64,000 bases of DNA from an uncultured Verrucomicrobiae bacterium (GTDB lineage: Bacteria > Verrucomicrobiota > Verrucomicrobiia > Chthoniobacterales > Terrimicrobiaceae). Where the stretch lies: assembly GCA_963706955.1 (NCBI GenBank), contig CAVPOC010000003.1, forward strand, positions 1 through 64,000, in the 5' to 3' direction. A program made the position numbers and the translations under genes. This document shows, in pieces, positions 41,412 through 53,997 of this stretch (positions within the stretch are counted from its first letter, which is position 1; the number at the start of each line of letters is the position of its first letter). The notes under the pieces were generated by a model. It saw only the letters and a program-made list of their open reading frames with translations, had not been told where the DNA came from and made no database searches.

Positions 41412-44400
41412 CTAGCTCGCGGCCTTGTGCGGCTCGGGCTCACTCTGCAAGGCATCGCCGATGTGGACGATCTCAATCTCGCGATTTTTCTTGAACCCGG
41501 TCCCCGCCGGGATGAGATGACCCATGATAACGTTTTCCTTGAATCCGCGAAGCCGGTCGACCTTGCCAAGGGTTGCAGCTTCCGTGAGGACGCGCGTGGT
41601 ATCCTGAAAGGATGCCGCCGAGATGAAGCTATCGGTCTCCAGCGAAGCCTTGGTGATGCCGAGCAGCACAGGGCTGGCATCGGCGGGCTTGCCGCCTTTT
41701 TCTATGACACGCTCGTTTTCTGCAGCGAACGCCAGCCGATCGACCTGGTCTCCCCAAAGAAGGCTGGTATCTCCAGGGTCGGTTATTTTCACTTTCCGAA
41801 GCATCTGTCGCACGATGATCTCGATGTGCTTGTCATTAATTTCGACACCCTGCAAGCGATAGACTTCCTGAACTTCGTTGAGCAGGTGTTCCTGGAGCTC
41901 CTGCGGCCCACAGACATCGAGAACCTCGTGTGGAACGACCGGCCCCTCTGTGAGCTGCTGGCCTTTCTTCACGAAATCGCCCTTGAAGACAATGACGTGC
42001 TTGGAGAGGGGGATGAGGTGTTCCTCCTCGGCGCCGGTGTCTGGGTCTGTGACAATCACGCGGCGCTTACCGCGGACGGTCCCACCGATATCGACAGCTC
42101 CGTCGATTTTGGCAATCTCGGCCGCATCCTTCGGACGACGAGCTTCAAACAGCTCCGCCACGCGGGGCAGACCGCCGGTAATGTCTTTTGTCTTGGCGAT
42201 CTTGCGCGGCGTTCTCGCCAAGCGAGTGCCGGCAGGCACTTTCTGCCCCTCTTTGACCTCGATGTGCGCTCCTGCTGGGATCGAATAGCTAGCGAAAACC
42301 TCCTTCTTTTCGCCAACGATGACGATTTGCGGATGGAGGTCCTCCTTGTGCTCGATGACGACGGTCCCCATGACGCCGGTGGCCTCGTCGACTTCCTTGC
42401 GAATCGTCACACCCTGAATCATATCCCGGAATTCGATCCGGCCCGCCTTTTCGGTGATGATCGGCACGTTGTAGGGATCCCACTGGATGAAGGTTTCCCC
42501 TTTCTTGACGACCCCACCGTCGGCGATGGAAATGACCGAACCGATCACGATGTTGTAACTCTCGAGTTCGCGTCCATCGCGGGCATGCACACTAACGGTG
42601 CCGTTCTTGTTCAGCACCACGAAATTGCTGTCGGTGCTCTCAACGACCTTCAGGTCGTTAAAGCGCACAATGCCCTCATTTTTCGCCTTGATGATCGGCT
42701 GCTTGAAGGTCTGGCTGGCCGTGCCACCGACATGGAACGTCCGCATGGTGAGCTGGGTCCCCGGCTCGCCAATGGATTGCGCGGCGATGATTCCCACCGC
42801 TTCGCCGAGCTTCACGGGGAGTCCAGTCGCCAAGTTGCGTCCGTAGCATTTGGCGCAAATGCCCCGCTTGGACTCACAGGTCAAGGCGGAGCGGATTTTC
42901 AGCTGTTCCAAGCCCACCTTCTCGAGAGCGGCGGCGATTTCTTCGTCGGCAATCTGGCCCGAGGTAATGACTGCTTTTCCGGTTACGGGATCTTTGACGG
43001 TCTCGCAACTGGTGCGTCCGATGATCCGGGTGGAAAGGCTGACAACCTCCTCGTCGCCCTCGTAGATCGGGCGAACAATGATTCCGTTGATGGTCCCGCA
43101 ATCGTCTTCGGTGATGATGACATCTTGCGCAGCATCGACCAGTTTGCGAGTGAGATAGCCGGAGTCTGCTGTCTTCAGAGCGGTATCGGCCAACCCCTTG
43201 CGCGCCCCGTGAGTCGAGATGAAATACTCGAGCACCGAGAGGCCCTCACGGAAGTTGGAAATAATCGGCCGTTCAATGATTTCGCCCGAGGGCTTGGCCA
43301 TAAGACCACGCATGCCGGCGAGCTGCTTTACTTGCGTGCGGTTGCCGCGCGCCCCGGAATCCACCATCATGAAGACGGGGTTCATGTCTTTCCGACCGTC
43401 ATTGTACTCGAGGGTACCGGAAGAGCGCATTGGCGAGCTCCTCACCAGTGTGCGTCCAAATATCCTGCACCTTGTTCTTGCGCTCGCCATCGGTAATGAT
43501 GCCACGTCGGTATTGCTTCTCGACCTCGGCAATCTCCCGATAGGCCTTTTCGAGCTGAGTCGATTTCTCCCGCGGGATGATCATGTCGGTGATTCCGATC
43601 GAGATGCCCGCCTTGGTGGCCGAGCGGAAGCCCATCTCCTTTAGGCGATCGAGGGTTTCGACGGTGCGCGCCTGGCCAACGGCCTTGTAGCAGCGCCAGA
43701 TAATGTCCGAAAGCTGCTTCTTGCCGCATACCTTGTTGTAAAAGCCCAGCTCCGACGGCCAAATTTGATTGAAGACGACCCGTCCGGCGGTTGTTTCCAG
43801 AACCTTGATTTCTTTGCTTCCGTAGATCGTGTTTAGGCCAAAATCCGGATTTCGGAAGCGGATCCGGCTGTGCGTGCCGATGGCTTCCTCCGAGATGGCG
43901 AGCTCCACTTCGGAAGCGTCGGCAAATAGCGGGGTGCGCTGGTCGTTTTTCTCTCCGCGAGGATTCTGCGTCAGATAGTAACAACCCAGCGGTATGTCCT
44001 GCGACGGTGTGGTGATCGGCTTGCCGCTCGAGGGTGAGAAAATATTGTTCGGAGCGAGCATCAACATGCGCGCCTCCATTTGCGCCTCGACCGAGAGCGG
44101 GACATGCACGGCCATTTGGTCACCATCGAAATCGGCGTTGTAAGCCGTGCAGACCAGAGGATGGATACGAATTGCCTCCCCTTCGATCAATTGTGGCTCG
44201 AAAGCCTGGATCGAGAGGCGGTGCAAGGTAGGGGCACGATTCAACAGAACCGCGTGGCCCTTGGTGACCTCGTCAAGAATGTCCCACACTTCCGGCGTCT
44301 GCCGTTCGATCAGTTTCTTGGCGCTGCGCACCGTGTGGACGTGGCCCTGCTCCTTAAGTCTCCGAATGATAAATGGCTCAAATAAAACCAGGGCCATCTT

Positions 44401-45513
44401 TTTCGGTAAGCCGCATTGGTTCAGCTTGAGTTCCGGGCCGATCACGATCACGGAACGCCCGGAATAATCGACACGCTTGCCCAGGAGGTTCTGACGGAAC
44501 CGGCCTCCCTTGCCCTTGAGCATGTCACTAAGGGATTTCAGCGGGCGGTTCGCAGCTCCAGTGACGGCACGCCCATGTCGGCCGTTGTCGAACAAGGCAT
44601 CGACAGCCTCCTGCAGCATCCGCTTTTCGTTCCGGATGATGACTTCTGGGGTTTTCAACTGCAACAGGGTCTTCAGGCGATTGTTGCGGTTGATCACGCG
44701 ACGATAGAGATCGTTCAAATCGGAGGTCGCAAAGCGGCCACCTTCAAGTGGAACGAGCGGACGCAAGTCCGGAGGAATAACCGGAAGCACGTTGAGCACC
44801 ATCCATTCAGGACGGGTCTTGGAGTGCATAAAGCCTTGCACGAGCTTGAGTCGCTTGGCCAGCTTCTTGCGCAGCTGCTTGCTGCGCGTCGCTCCCATCT
44901 GCTGTTCGATCTCGTCATTGAGATTCTGCAGATCGGTCTGCTCGAGAAGCTTCTGAATGGCTTCTGCGCCCATGCCTGCGACGAAAACGTCGCCGTACTG
45001 ATCCTCGGCTTCGCGAAATTCTGCTTCCGTCAACAGTTGGCATTTTTGCAGCGGAGTGTTGCCCGGATCGATGACGATGTAATCCTCGTAGTAGATGACC
45101 CTTTCGAGCTGCCGGCTGGTCATGTCGAGCATCAGTCCAATGCGCGAAGGCATACACTTGTAGAACCAGATGTGGGAAACCGGAACGGCCAGATCGATGT
45201 GGCCCATCCGCTCTCGCCGAACACGGCTGAGGGTTACCTCGACGCCACATCGGTCGCAAACCACTCCCTTGTGCTTAATGCGCTTGTACTTGCCGCAAGA
45301 GCATTCCCAATCACGCGTCGGGCCGAAGATGCGCTCGCAAAAAAGCCCACCTTTTTCAGGCTTGAACGTCCGATAGTTGATGGTCTCGGGATTCTTGACC
45401 TCTCCCTTGCTCCAGCTCCGGACACTGTCGGGCGAGGCGACCGTAATGGCCACCTCATCGAATCCGACCGGACGCTGTTCTCCAAAAATTTCGCCAATAT
45501 TGACTTCTTTCAT
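41412..45513 (-). CDS. rpoC: RNA polymerase beta' subunit; one indel near 43415
   Basis: [30 protein letters not shown]; the two ORFs rejoin as [15 protein letters not shown] on removing one base. Confidence 0.97.
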
Positions 45514-45540
45514 ATGTCTCGCGCTCTGTGCGCTACTTGG

Positions 45541-48500
45541 TTAGGCTGCCGACTCGGTGAAGACGGGCTCCTTGCCGCCCACACGAACGTCGAGGCCAAG
45601 TCCCTTCATCTCCTTAATGAGGACGTTGAATGATTCGGGCGTGCCCGCCTCGAGGGAGTTGTCGCCTTTGACAATCGACTCGTAGATACGGGTTCGACCC
45701 TGGACGTCGTCGGACTTTACCGTGAGAAGCTCCTGCAAAGTATAGGCCGCTCCGTAGGCCTCCAACGCCCAGACCTCCATTTCGCCAAAACGTTGGCCGC
45801 CGTACTGCGCCTTGCCGCCGAGCGGCTGCTGGGTAACCAGGCTGTAGGGGCCGACTGCACGCGCGTGGATCTTGTCTGCGACGAGATGCCCGAGCTTGAG
45901 CATGTAAATATAGCCGACCACCACTTGCTGGTCGAAAGCCTCGCCGGTGCGGCCGTCATACACCGTGGATTTGCCGGTTTCGGTAACCCACGTGAAATTC
46001 TCCTTTGTTTTGGCCTCGCGAAGATATTCCTTGATCTTCTCTTCGGAAATTCCGTCGAAGACCGGCGTGGCCACTTTAAAGCCGAGCGCCTTAGCCGCGA
46101 CTCCAAGGTGTGTCTCCAGCACCTGACCGACGTTCATGCGGCTGGGAACACCCAGCGGATTCAAGACGATATCGACCGGAGTTCCATCAGCGAGGAACGG
46201 CATGTCCTCTTCCGGAACAATCTTCGCCACGACGCCTTTGTTGCCGTGCCGGCCGGCCATCTTGTCACCAACCGAAAGCTTTCTCTTGCTGGCGACATAG
46301 ACCTTTACCTGCTTGATGATACCGGGATCCACATCATCCCCGCTTTCAATGCGGCCAAGATTTTCGTCCTTCTCACGGTCCAAATCCTCGAAGCGATGCT
46401 CGTATTGACCGATGATCTCGCGAATCTTGTTGCGGATGGGGCTGGGATCGATCTCGATGTGATCGTAAACAGCGGCCAGTTTGCGGAGGAGCTGTTTGGT
46501 AATCTTCCGGTTTGCGGGAATGATGATCTCACCGGTCTGCGCGTTGACCACATCCAGCGGGATCTTCTCATTCAAGAGGATGTTTGAAAGCGCCGCGGTC
46601 AGCTGCTCATGCAGCTCGTCTTTGCGCTTCTTGTAATCCTCCATGATCATCTTTTGCTGCCGCTTGGATTCAGTCGGCGTCATCTTGTTGCGCGCGACCT
46701 CTTTTTTCGAGGAGACCTTGACGTCCATGACAATGCCGTAGGTGCCCGACGGCACCGTCAGCGACGTATCCTTCACATCGGCGGCCTTCTCACCGAAAAT
46801 GGCGCGCAAGAGGCGCTCTTCGGGAGCCAGTTCCGTCTCGCTCTTCGGAGTGATCTTGCCAACGAGGATATCGCCCGGCTTTACCTCGGCACCAATGCGG
46901 ATGACTCCGTCCGGCCCAAGATTTTGCAGTGCCTCTTCACTGACATTGGGAATGTCACGGGTGATTTCCTCCGGGCCGAGCTTGGTATCGCGCGCACCGA
47001 TTTCAAATTCATCGATGTGAATGGAGGTATAAATGTCTTCCTTGACCACGCGCTCGGAAATGAGGATCGCGTCCTCAAAATTGTATCCATTCCACGGCAT
47101 GAAAGCGACGAGCACGTTGCGCCCCAGCGCCAACTCGCCATGTTCGGTGTTTGGACCGTCGGCAATGACCTCTCCCTTCTTGACGCGCTGTCCCTTGAGG
47201 ACGATCGGCTTCTGGTTAATACAAGTGCTGGCGTTGGAACGCATGAACTTGCGCAACTCGTAAACCCAGATGCCGGCCGCGGGATCGGTCTTGATCTTCT
47301 TCTTGCCATCAGGCAACGATCCATCGCGGGTCACGACGACCTGGCTGCCGGTAACCGATGCGACAATGCCGTCTCCTTCCGAGAGGACGACTGCCTTGGA
47401 ATCCTGGGCAACACGTGCTTCCAGCCCGGTGCCCACCAAGGGCGAGTCGGAAACCAAAAGCGGCACGCCCTGGCGTTGCATGTTCGAACCCATCAGCGCC
47501 CGGTTGGCATCGTCGTGCTCGAGAAATGGAATTAACCCCGCCGCCACCGACACGAGCTGCTTCGGAGAGACGTCCATGTACTGGACCTTGCCAGGTTCCA
47601 CCTCGAGAAAGTCGCCGCGGTAGCGGGTCGACACTTTCTCCTCGATGAAACGCCCGTGCGCGTCGACCGGCGCATTTGCTTGAGCAATGTAAAAATTCTC
47701 GTCCCGATCGCCGCTCAGATAGACGACTTCGTCGGTCACGTGGCCATTGTTGACTTTACGGTAAGGAGTTTCGATGAAGCCGAACTCGTTCACCCGGGCA
47801 AAGGTGCTCAACGAACTGATCAAACCAATGTTCGGACCTTCGGGCGTTTCAATCGGGCAGATTCGCCCGTAATGCGAGGGATGAACGTCGCGGACCTCGA
47901 ATCCCGCCCGGTCTCGACTCAATCCTCCCGGTCCGAGCGCCGAGAGCCGCCGCTTGTGCGTCAGCTCCGAAAGCGGGTTCGTCTGATCCATAAATTGGCT
48001 GAGTTGCGAACGACCGAAGAAATCGCGAACGACCGCGCTCAGGGATTTTGGATTAATTAGCTTCTGGGGAGTGATCTGGTCCACGCCGGCATCGAAGAGC
48101 GTCATCCGTTCCCGGACGAGGCGCTCGGTGCGCGCCAGCCCTACGCGACATTGATTGGCGAGCAGTTCCCCGACAGTGCGAACACGGCGACTGCCGAGAT
48201 GATCGATGTCGTCGGTCATCCCCTCTCCTTTGCGCAGTTCAACCAGATATTTCATGGCGGCGATGAAGTCCTCCTTCACCAAAATGCGCTCTTCTTCACT
48301 AACCTGGAGTCCGAGCTTCTGGTTGATCTTATGCCGGCCCACCCGGCCGAGATCGTAACGCTTGGGATCAAAGAAAAGCCGCTTCAGCATGCTCCGGGCA
48401 TTCTGAACGGTCGGCGGATCACCCGGGCGCAACTTGCGGTAGATGTCCTTTAAGGCCTCCTCTTCATCATGCGCCGGATCTTTCTTCAGCGACTTGATGA

Positions 48501-49335
48501 TGGTGTCATCTTGCTTGGTATCGACCACGCGGACGCTCTTATGACCAAGAGACATCAGTTGGCGGATGGTCGCGGCATTCAACGGCTCAAAAGCGCGAGC
48601 CACCGTGATCTCACCGTCACGAATATCCTCGAAGAGCACCTTGGTGCTGATTTCTTCCTCGTCGAGGTTCTCGCTGAGATCCAACTCGATCACCTGATAG
48701 AACAACTTGATGATGTCTTCGTCGGAAGGATAACCCAACGCCCGGAGGAAGGTCGTCGCCAGAAACTTGCGGCGGCGCTTGCGCCGATCCAAATAGACGT
48801 AGAGCAAGTCGCTCGTGTCGAATTGCACTTCAATCCACGAACCCCGGTCCGGGATGATCCGGAATCCATGCAGCAACTTCCCATTGAGATGGACACTGGT
48901 TTCGAAACATATGCCCGGTGAACGGTGCAGTTGGCTCACTACCACCCGCTCAGCCCCGTTGATGACAAAGGTTCCTTGGGGCGTCATCAGAGGAATCTCC
49001 CCCATGTAGACCTTCTCCTCCTTCGTGCTCTTCTCGTCCTTGTAGCGGAAAGTCACATAAAGAGGCGCACTATAGGTCTGACCCTCGCGCTGACACTCGA
49101 TCGCCGACATCTTCGGCTCCCCCAGCTCGTAACTCACAAAGTCCAGGCTGGACTTCTCCTCAAACCCGAAAATCGGGAAGAACTCCCTGAAGACGGCTTG
49201 CAATCCGACGCTACGACGACGCGAAGGCTCAACCTCCTTTTGAAAGAACTCGTTGTACGAGTTGATCTGAAGCTCAATGAGATTCGGAGGCTCAATGGCT
49301 TCCTTTAGCTTGCCGAAGTGAATGCGTTCAGACAT
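45541..49335 (-). CDS. rpoB: RNA polymerase beta subunit
   Basis: [33 protein letters not shown]. Confidence 0.99.
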   Translation of the reverse strand: MSERIHFGKLKEAIEPPNLIELQINSYNEFFQKEVEPSRRRSVGLQAVFREFFPIFGFEEKSSLDFVSYELGEPKMSAIECQREGQTYSAPLYVTFRYKDEKSTKEEKVYMGEIPLMTPQGTFVINGAERVVVSQLHRSPGICFETSVHLNGKLLHGFRIIPDRGSWIEVQFDTSDLLYVYLDRRKRRRKFLATTFLRALGYPSDEDIIKLFYQVIELDLSENLDEEEISTKVLFEDIRDGEITVARAFEPLNAATIRQLMSLGHKSVRVVDTKQDDTIIKSLKKDPAHDEEEALKDIYRKLRPGDPPTVQNARSMLKRLFFDPKRYDLGRVGRHKINQKLGLQVSEEERILVKEDFIAAMKYLVELRKGEGMTDDIDHLGSRRVRTVGELLANQCRVGLARTERLVRERMTLFDAGVDQITPQKLINPKSLSAVVRDFFGRSQLSQFMDQTNPLSELTHKRRLSALGPGGLSRDRAGFEVRDVHPSHYGRICPIETPEGPNIGLISSLSTFARVNEFGFIETPYRKVNNGHVTDEVVYLSGDRDENFYIAQANAPVDAHGRFIEEKVSTRYRGDFLEVEPGKVQYMDVSPKQLVSVAAGLIPFLEHDDANRALMGSNMQRQGVPLLVSDSPLVGTGLEARVAQDSKAVVLSEGDGIVASVTGSQVVVTRDGSLPDGKKKIKTDPAAGIWVYELRKFMRSNASTCINQKPIVLKGQRVKKGEVIADGPNTEHGELALGRNVLVAFMPWNGYNFEDAILISERVVKEDIYTSIHIDEFEIGARDTKLGPEEITRDIPNVSEEALQNLGPDGVIRIGAEVKPGDILVGKITPKSETELAPEERLLRAIFGEKAADVKDTSLTVPSGTYGIVMDVKVSSKKEVARNKMTPTESKRQQKMIMEDYKKRKDELHEQLTAALSNILLNEKIPLDVVNAQTGEIIIPANRKITKQLLRKLAAVYDHIEIDPSPIRNKIREIIGQYEHRFEDLDREKDENLGRIESGDDVDPGIIKQVKVYVASKRKLSVGDKMAGRHGNKGVVAKIVPEEDMPFLADGTPVDIVLNPLGVPSRMNVGQVLETHLGVAAKALGFKVATPVFDGISEEKIKEYLREAKTKENFTWVTETGKSTVYDGRTGEAFDQQVVVGYIYMLKLGHLVADKIHARAVGPYSLVTQQPLGGKAQYGGQRFGEMEVWALEAYGAAYTLQELLTVKSDDVQGRTRIYESIVKGDNSLEAGTPESFNVLIKEMKGLGLDVRVGGKEPVFTESAA

Positions 49336-49607
49336 GGCGAAAGAATGAGAAAATGATGGTCCGCCTCAACGAGCCGCACCGATTGGCAAACCGAAAAAAG
49401 ACAAACGCCAGCGCCCGGGCCGGAAAGAACCTTTCCCGGCTCGTGCGAAGACCTGCGTTATAAAACGATCTAAAACGATTTTCCGAACGGTGCAGAAGGC
49501 TAGACGTGAGTCGGCGGAATTATTGATAGTGAACCTTAGCACCGGGAACGCAAGCCAAAACTTTATCTTTTTTGGCCTGCCTCCCGGACTTGCCCGGAGT
49601 TGCCGGA

Positions 49608-49994
49608 CTATTTGATTTCGACCTTGGCGCCAGCGGCCTCGATCTTTTTCTTGATCTCTTCGGCTTCTTCCTTGGCGATACCCTCCTTGAGGGTCTTGGG
49701 CGCGCTCTCGACGAGAGCTTTGGCTTCGGCCAAGCCGAGACCGGAGACCGCTGCCCGGACCTCCTTGATGACCGAAATCTTGTTAGGTCCGGCTTCCTTC
49801 AAGATGACGTCAAAGGCGGTCTTCTCTTCGGCCGGGGGAGCCGCAGGGCCTCCGGCCGGTGCTCCGGCAGCGGCGACCGCCACGGGTGCTGCGGCGCTGA
49901 CGCCCCATTTCTCTTCGAGTTGCTTCACCAGGTCGGCGATCTCAAGAACGGTGAGGGCGCTGAGCTGATCAACTATGTTTTGTGTGTCTGCCAT
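49608..49994 (-). CDS. rplL: 50S ribosomal protein L7/L12
   Basis: [30 protein letters not shown]. Confidence 0.98.
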   Translation of the reverse strand: MADTQNIVDQLSALTVLEIADLVKQLEEKWGVSAAAPVAVAAAGAPAGGPAAPPAEEKTAFDVILKEAGPNKISVIKEVRAAVSGLGLAEAKALVESAPKTLKEGIAKEEAEEIKKKIEAAGAKVEIK

Positions 49995-50012
49995 GTTTGT
50001 TGGTATTTGGTA

Positions 50013-50067
50013 TTGTCGCACCCCGAAGCCTCAGGGCATTTGAGGCCGACAGCCGTCAGCCCGACAA
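50013..50067 (-). ncRNA. Candidate structured leader RNA upstream of rplL
   Basis: UUGUCG/CGACAA stem closing two 7-bp hairpins, each with a GGCU loop. Confidence 0.55.
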
Positions 50068-50145
50068 GGAACCGATTGGTTTTGGTGTCCCGCAACGCGG
50101 CTTCAAACGCCACGGGAAATTTTTGTAGTTGCGACCGCGATTGTG

Positions 50146-50658
50146 TTAGCTGGCGGCCTCAGCTTTGGCTTTGAGAAGGCGAGCGAGGCTGGCGGCTGGC
50201 TCCTGGAGCACCCGAACAAGTTTGGTAGCCGGCGCGAGCAGCAAACTGAGCAGCTTCGCTTGCAAGACATCTTTTGAGGGGAGCTCGGCGAGAGCCTTGA
50301 TCTGGTCGGAGTTCAGAATTTCGTCATCGAGAATGCCCCCTTTGACCGGCGGGCGCTCGAATTCCGTAACGAATGTCTTGAGCACTTTGGCGGCGGCGCA
50401 GATGTCGCTTTCGCCAGTGACCATGGCGGTCTGGCCGGTGAGAGCGCCGTTGAGTTCAGGCAAGCCCAAGCCCTTAATCGCACGCTTGATAAAGGTATTC
50501 TTGATGACATGGATCTCGGCGTCGACTCGAGCAAGGCGCAGACGCAGTTCCTCAAAATGTTTGACCTGCATGCCGGAATAATCGGCAATGAGCAGGAACG
50601 GCGAGTTCTTCAGCTTCGTCTGAATATCTGCGACAATGTGAGCTTTTTCAGGTCTCAT
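50146..50658 (-). CDS. rplJ: 50S ribosomal protein L10
   Basis: MRPEK, ADYSGM, VIKNT, LAELPSK. Confidence 0.96.
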   Translation of the reverse strand: MRPEKAHIVADIQTKLKNSPFLLIADYSGMQVKHFEELRLRLARVDAEIHVIKNTFIKRAIKGLGLPELNGALTGQTAMVTGESDICAAAKVLKTFVTEFERPPVKGGILDDEILNSDQIKALAELPSKDVLQAKLLSLLLAPATKLVRVLQEPAASLARLLKAKAEAAS

Positions 50659-50697
50659 CTGGGAGTAGATGGTTGAGAGTTGATGGTGGGACGAGGA

Positions 50698-51401
50698 TTA
50701 GCTTTTCAGGAAGGGAGCCGGATCAACGCTGACACCGGGACTCATGGTGGCAGCAAGAGTAATGGCTTCCACAAACGAGCCTTTGGCCGTGGCCGGCCGA
50801 GCCTTGACAACGGCCTCGATGACCGCCTGGCCGTTCTGAGCCAGAGCCTCGTCGCCGAATGAGAATTTGCCGACCGGCACCGAAACATTGGCATTCTTAT
50901 CCAGCTTGAACTCCACCCTGCCTGCCTTGACTTCCCTCACTGCCCTGGCGGTGTCTTCGGTCACCGTTCCCGCTTTGGGATTCGGCATCAGCCCTCGCGG
51001 ACCGAGGACCTTCCCGAGCTTCTTCACCTCGGCCATGGCCGCCGGGGTCGCGATAGCGACGTCGAAATCAGAAAAACCACCGGTAACCTTTTTGATCAGG
51101 TCTTCATAGCCGACGAATTCGGCCCCAGCCTCGCGCGCGGCCTCCGCCGCCGGTCCCGAGGCAAAGACTAGGACGCGCACTGTCTTTCCACTGCCGTGCG
51201 GGAGCGGGCAAGTCCCCCTGACCATTTGATCACTTTGCTTGGGATCTACGCCCAACTTGAAGGAAAGCGTGACGGTCTGATCGAACTTGGTCGGCGGAAG
51301 GGTCTTCAGTGTCTTAATGGCCTCGCCAAGCGGGTACTTGCGTTTGCGTATCGACCTTTTCGGCCGCGGCCCGAATAGCGTTTGCTACGTTTTTTTTGCA
51401 T
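50698..51401 (-). CDS. rplA: 50S ribosomal protein L1; indels in 51260-51375
   Basis: MQKKRSKRY start, LGVDPKQSDQMVRG, LGPRGLMPNPKAGTV, ATMSPGV. Confidence 0.95.
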
Positions 51402-51407
51402 GTTCGA

Positions 51408-51439
51408 GCAGTGCGAACGACCCAAGACGGGTCTCCTGC
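51408..51439 (-). promoter_or_regulatory. Putative L1-binding autoregulatory site in the rplA leader
   Basis: GCAG-GA-GACCC-GUCUU-GGGUC-GUUCGCA-CUGC: two helices around an asymmetric internal loop, 6 nt before the rplA ATG. Confidence 0.5.
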
Positions 51440-51777
51440 AGCCTTTGGTTTGTTGAAATTGATTGCTCCTCCCGAATCGGAGGCGAACTTTAAACCCTAT
51501 TAGATCCTTGAGGCCCGTCAAGCGTATTGTCACAGAAATTCGATACCGAACGCGAACGGTGGACGGATCCAGCGAAGCTGGAATCGCGAGCGGCCATTTC
51601 ATCGCTGAAGGCAGCAGACCGGAGAAAAAACTTCGCTTTACATTCGTGCAAAAACTCGGAATCTGACGCGCGGTTAGAACGCGATTTTTGAAGCCTGAGC
51701 GTAGTATAGCGATATGCCGTCTGCGGCTGATGCTCTGAGAATTGGCGATGGCCCAAGTAGCAAATATATCGCACATC

Positions 51778-52124
51778 ATGAAACTCTATGTAGGAAATCT
51801 CTCCTTCCAAACCACGGAGGGAGCGCTCGAAGAACTCTTCGCCCAATATCGGGACAGTCACTGAGGCTATGCTGGTCATGGACAAGATGACGCAAAGACC
51901 CCGGGGATTTGGTTTTGTCACCATGGGCAGTGCCTGAGGAAGCGCAAAAGGCCATTGATGCGCTCAACGGCAAGAATGTCGACGGACGTAACTTAATCGT
52001 GAACGAAGCCCGTCCGCGTGAGGAACGTGCGCCACGGCGCGACTTTGGGGCGGTGGCGGTGGGGGCGGTCGGAGCGGCGTCGCCACCAGCACGGCAAAGG
52101 CGGGCATATCGCGAGCGCAGATAA
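51778..52124 (+). CDS. RRM (RNP-1) RNA-binding protein with Gly-rich tail; several indels
   Basis: [20 protein letters not shown] and [21 protein letters not shown] across shifted frames. Confidence 0.85.
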
Positions 52125-52165
52125 GCTCTAAAAGGCGACGCCCACGCGACGCTGCGTTGAAAGAG

Positions 52166-52226
52166 TTGTAAGCGCTTGGGCAAGCGCTGTGGATTTCATT
52201 GGGCGCTTGACACAAGCGCTCCTACA
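52166..52226. repeat. REP-like doublet (family B)
   Basis: ttgtaagcgcttgggcaagcgc then ggcgcttgacacaagcgctcctaca; between convergent RRM gene and rplK. Confidence 0.65.
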
Positions 52227-52302
52227 GCAATTTGTGCTCATCACCGGGAGGGGCTGGCGTCCCAGGGCCATATCGTTGGGATCTTCGCGGAATCGCGCAA
52301 AG

Positions 52303-52728
52303 CTAATCGCTGATCTCGATTCCCATCTGGCGTGCCGTTCCGGCAATCGTGCGGAAGGCGGCCTCTTCGCTGTGCGCGTTGAGATCTTTCATCTTGATCT
52401 TCACGATGTCCATCACCTGCTTTTTAGAAAGCTTCGCGACCTTGGTCTTGTTCGGCTCTTTGGAGCCGGCCGCCAGGCCCGCAGCCTTCTTCAAGAGGAC
52501 GGAAGCGGGAGGGGACTTCGTGATGAAGGAAAACGTCTTATCCTTGTAAACGGTAATGACCACCGGAAGGATGTCGCCCGCCTGCTTCTGCGTGGCGGCG
52601 TTAAACTCCTTACAGAAGGCCATGATGTTAACCCCTTGCTGACCAAGCGCAGGGCCGACTGGCGGAGCAGGGTTCGCCTGACCGGCAGGGATTTGCAACT
52701 TGATCTGACCAACGATTTCCTTTGGCAT
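52303..52728 (-). CDS. rplK: 50S ribosomal protein L11
   Basis: [29 protein letters not shown]. Confidence 0.98.
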   Translation of the reverse strand: MPKEIVGQIKLQIPAGQANPAPPVGPALGQQGVNIMAFCKEFNAATQKQAGDILPVVITVYKDKTFSFITKSPPASVLLKKAAGLAAGSKEPNKTKVAKLSKKQVMDIVKIKMKDLNAHSEEAAFRTIAGTARQMGIEISD

Positions 52729-52792
52729 GGTTGAGAGGCGGAAAGGGGTTAGGAAGCAATCATGGAATGCCCGCGCCGGCAAGGCGTTTTTT

Positions 52793-53903
52793 CTATTTCT
52801 TCGAAAGCCGCCAGAAAAGCACGGTGCCCAGCGTGATAAAAAGGATGTTCGGAATCCAGATGAGAAGGGTCGGGTGCGCAGCTGGGTTTCCGCGGAAAGT
52901 ATCCGCCATGATAATGAAAAAGAAGTAGGTAAACGCGATCACCAGGCTGAGGGCGAAGCCGACAGAGGTTTCCTTGCGGTGAGCCGTAATCCCGAGTGGC
53001 ACCGCAATCAGGGCGAAAGCCACGCAGGCGAGTGACGCGGCGAAGCGTTTATGAAGTTCCACGGTCGCGCGCAGTTTTTCCTCACCAGCGATTGTCGGAA
53101 GGTAGCCAAGCAATTCCGGCAACGTGTAGGAGCTGAGCCTGCGACCGCTCAGATACTCCTTGTAGAATTCCTCGAGCGAAATTGGAAATACGCCCTCGGT
53201 CACCTCGATCCCCTGCCGAATCTTCGTTAACTCGCGAGGATCCTGTTTGTCACGTTCCTCGAAGCGGGCGTTAAACAATCTCAACAACAGCCGGGTATTT
53301 GCCGGATCGGGAGTTAAAACCCCTTCCTTGGCGTAGACCATCTTGATCGGCTCGCTGTTTTCATTGAGTTCGAAGACGATGAGGTTCTTGAGACGGTCGC
53401 CCTCCTTCGACCCCACATAGACCCGCCGGTCCGGAAACTGATCCACGACTTCATCGGCGCGAAAGAGGGCCGCGGGATTACTGGTCGCGATATCGACAAT
53501 CGTCTTGGTCATCTGCTGTTCGGCTCGCGGCGCCACATCGATATTGATCCAAAAGCAAATACCCGAAAGCACGACAGCCAGGACAAACACCGGGATACAA
53601 ATGCGCGGGACGCTTACCCCATTCGATTTCAAGGCAATCAATTCGTTGTCCGCGGAGATTCGTCCAAACACCAGGAGGAGCGCGGTTAAGAAAACCCCAC
53701 GGAATCGTGAAGGTGAGAGAAAAAGGCAACACCAGGGCCATGAACGCCAGCACCGTGGCAATCGGAACATCCGGGTTGTTGATCAGGACGTCGAGCAATT
53801 GCTTGAAAAGATTGCCGAGGACGAGAACAAGGCTGAGGACGACAACTCCAAAGAAGGCCGTCGCAATCACGCTCATGCCGATATACCGGTCGATAATCTT
53901 CAT
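52793..53903 (-). CDS. LptF/LptG-family LPS export permease; indel near 53695
   Basis: [44 protein letters not shown]. Confidence 0.9.
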
Positions 53904-53997
53904 CAAAAAACCACTCGCTTGCCATGCGCTGCGGACGTGAGCCGCCCGGAAAGGGCCATGGAATTTAGGCGATGGCGGTCGCGTGTTCAAGTCCGTT

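Noticed and set aside
43399..43532. rpoC split into two ORFs (cyanobacterial-style rpoC1/rpoC2 or programmed frameshift)
   Set aside because: Removing one base restores a continuous ALFRTLEYNDG and the second ORF has no credible start; consistent with a sequencing indel
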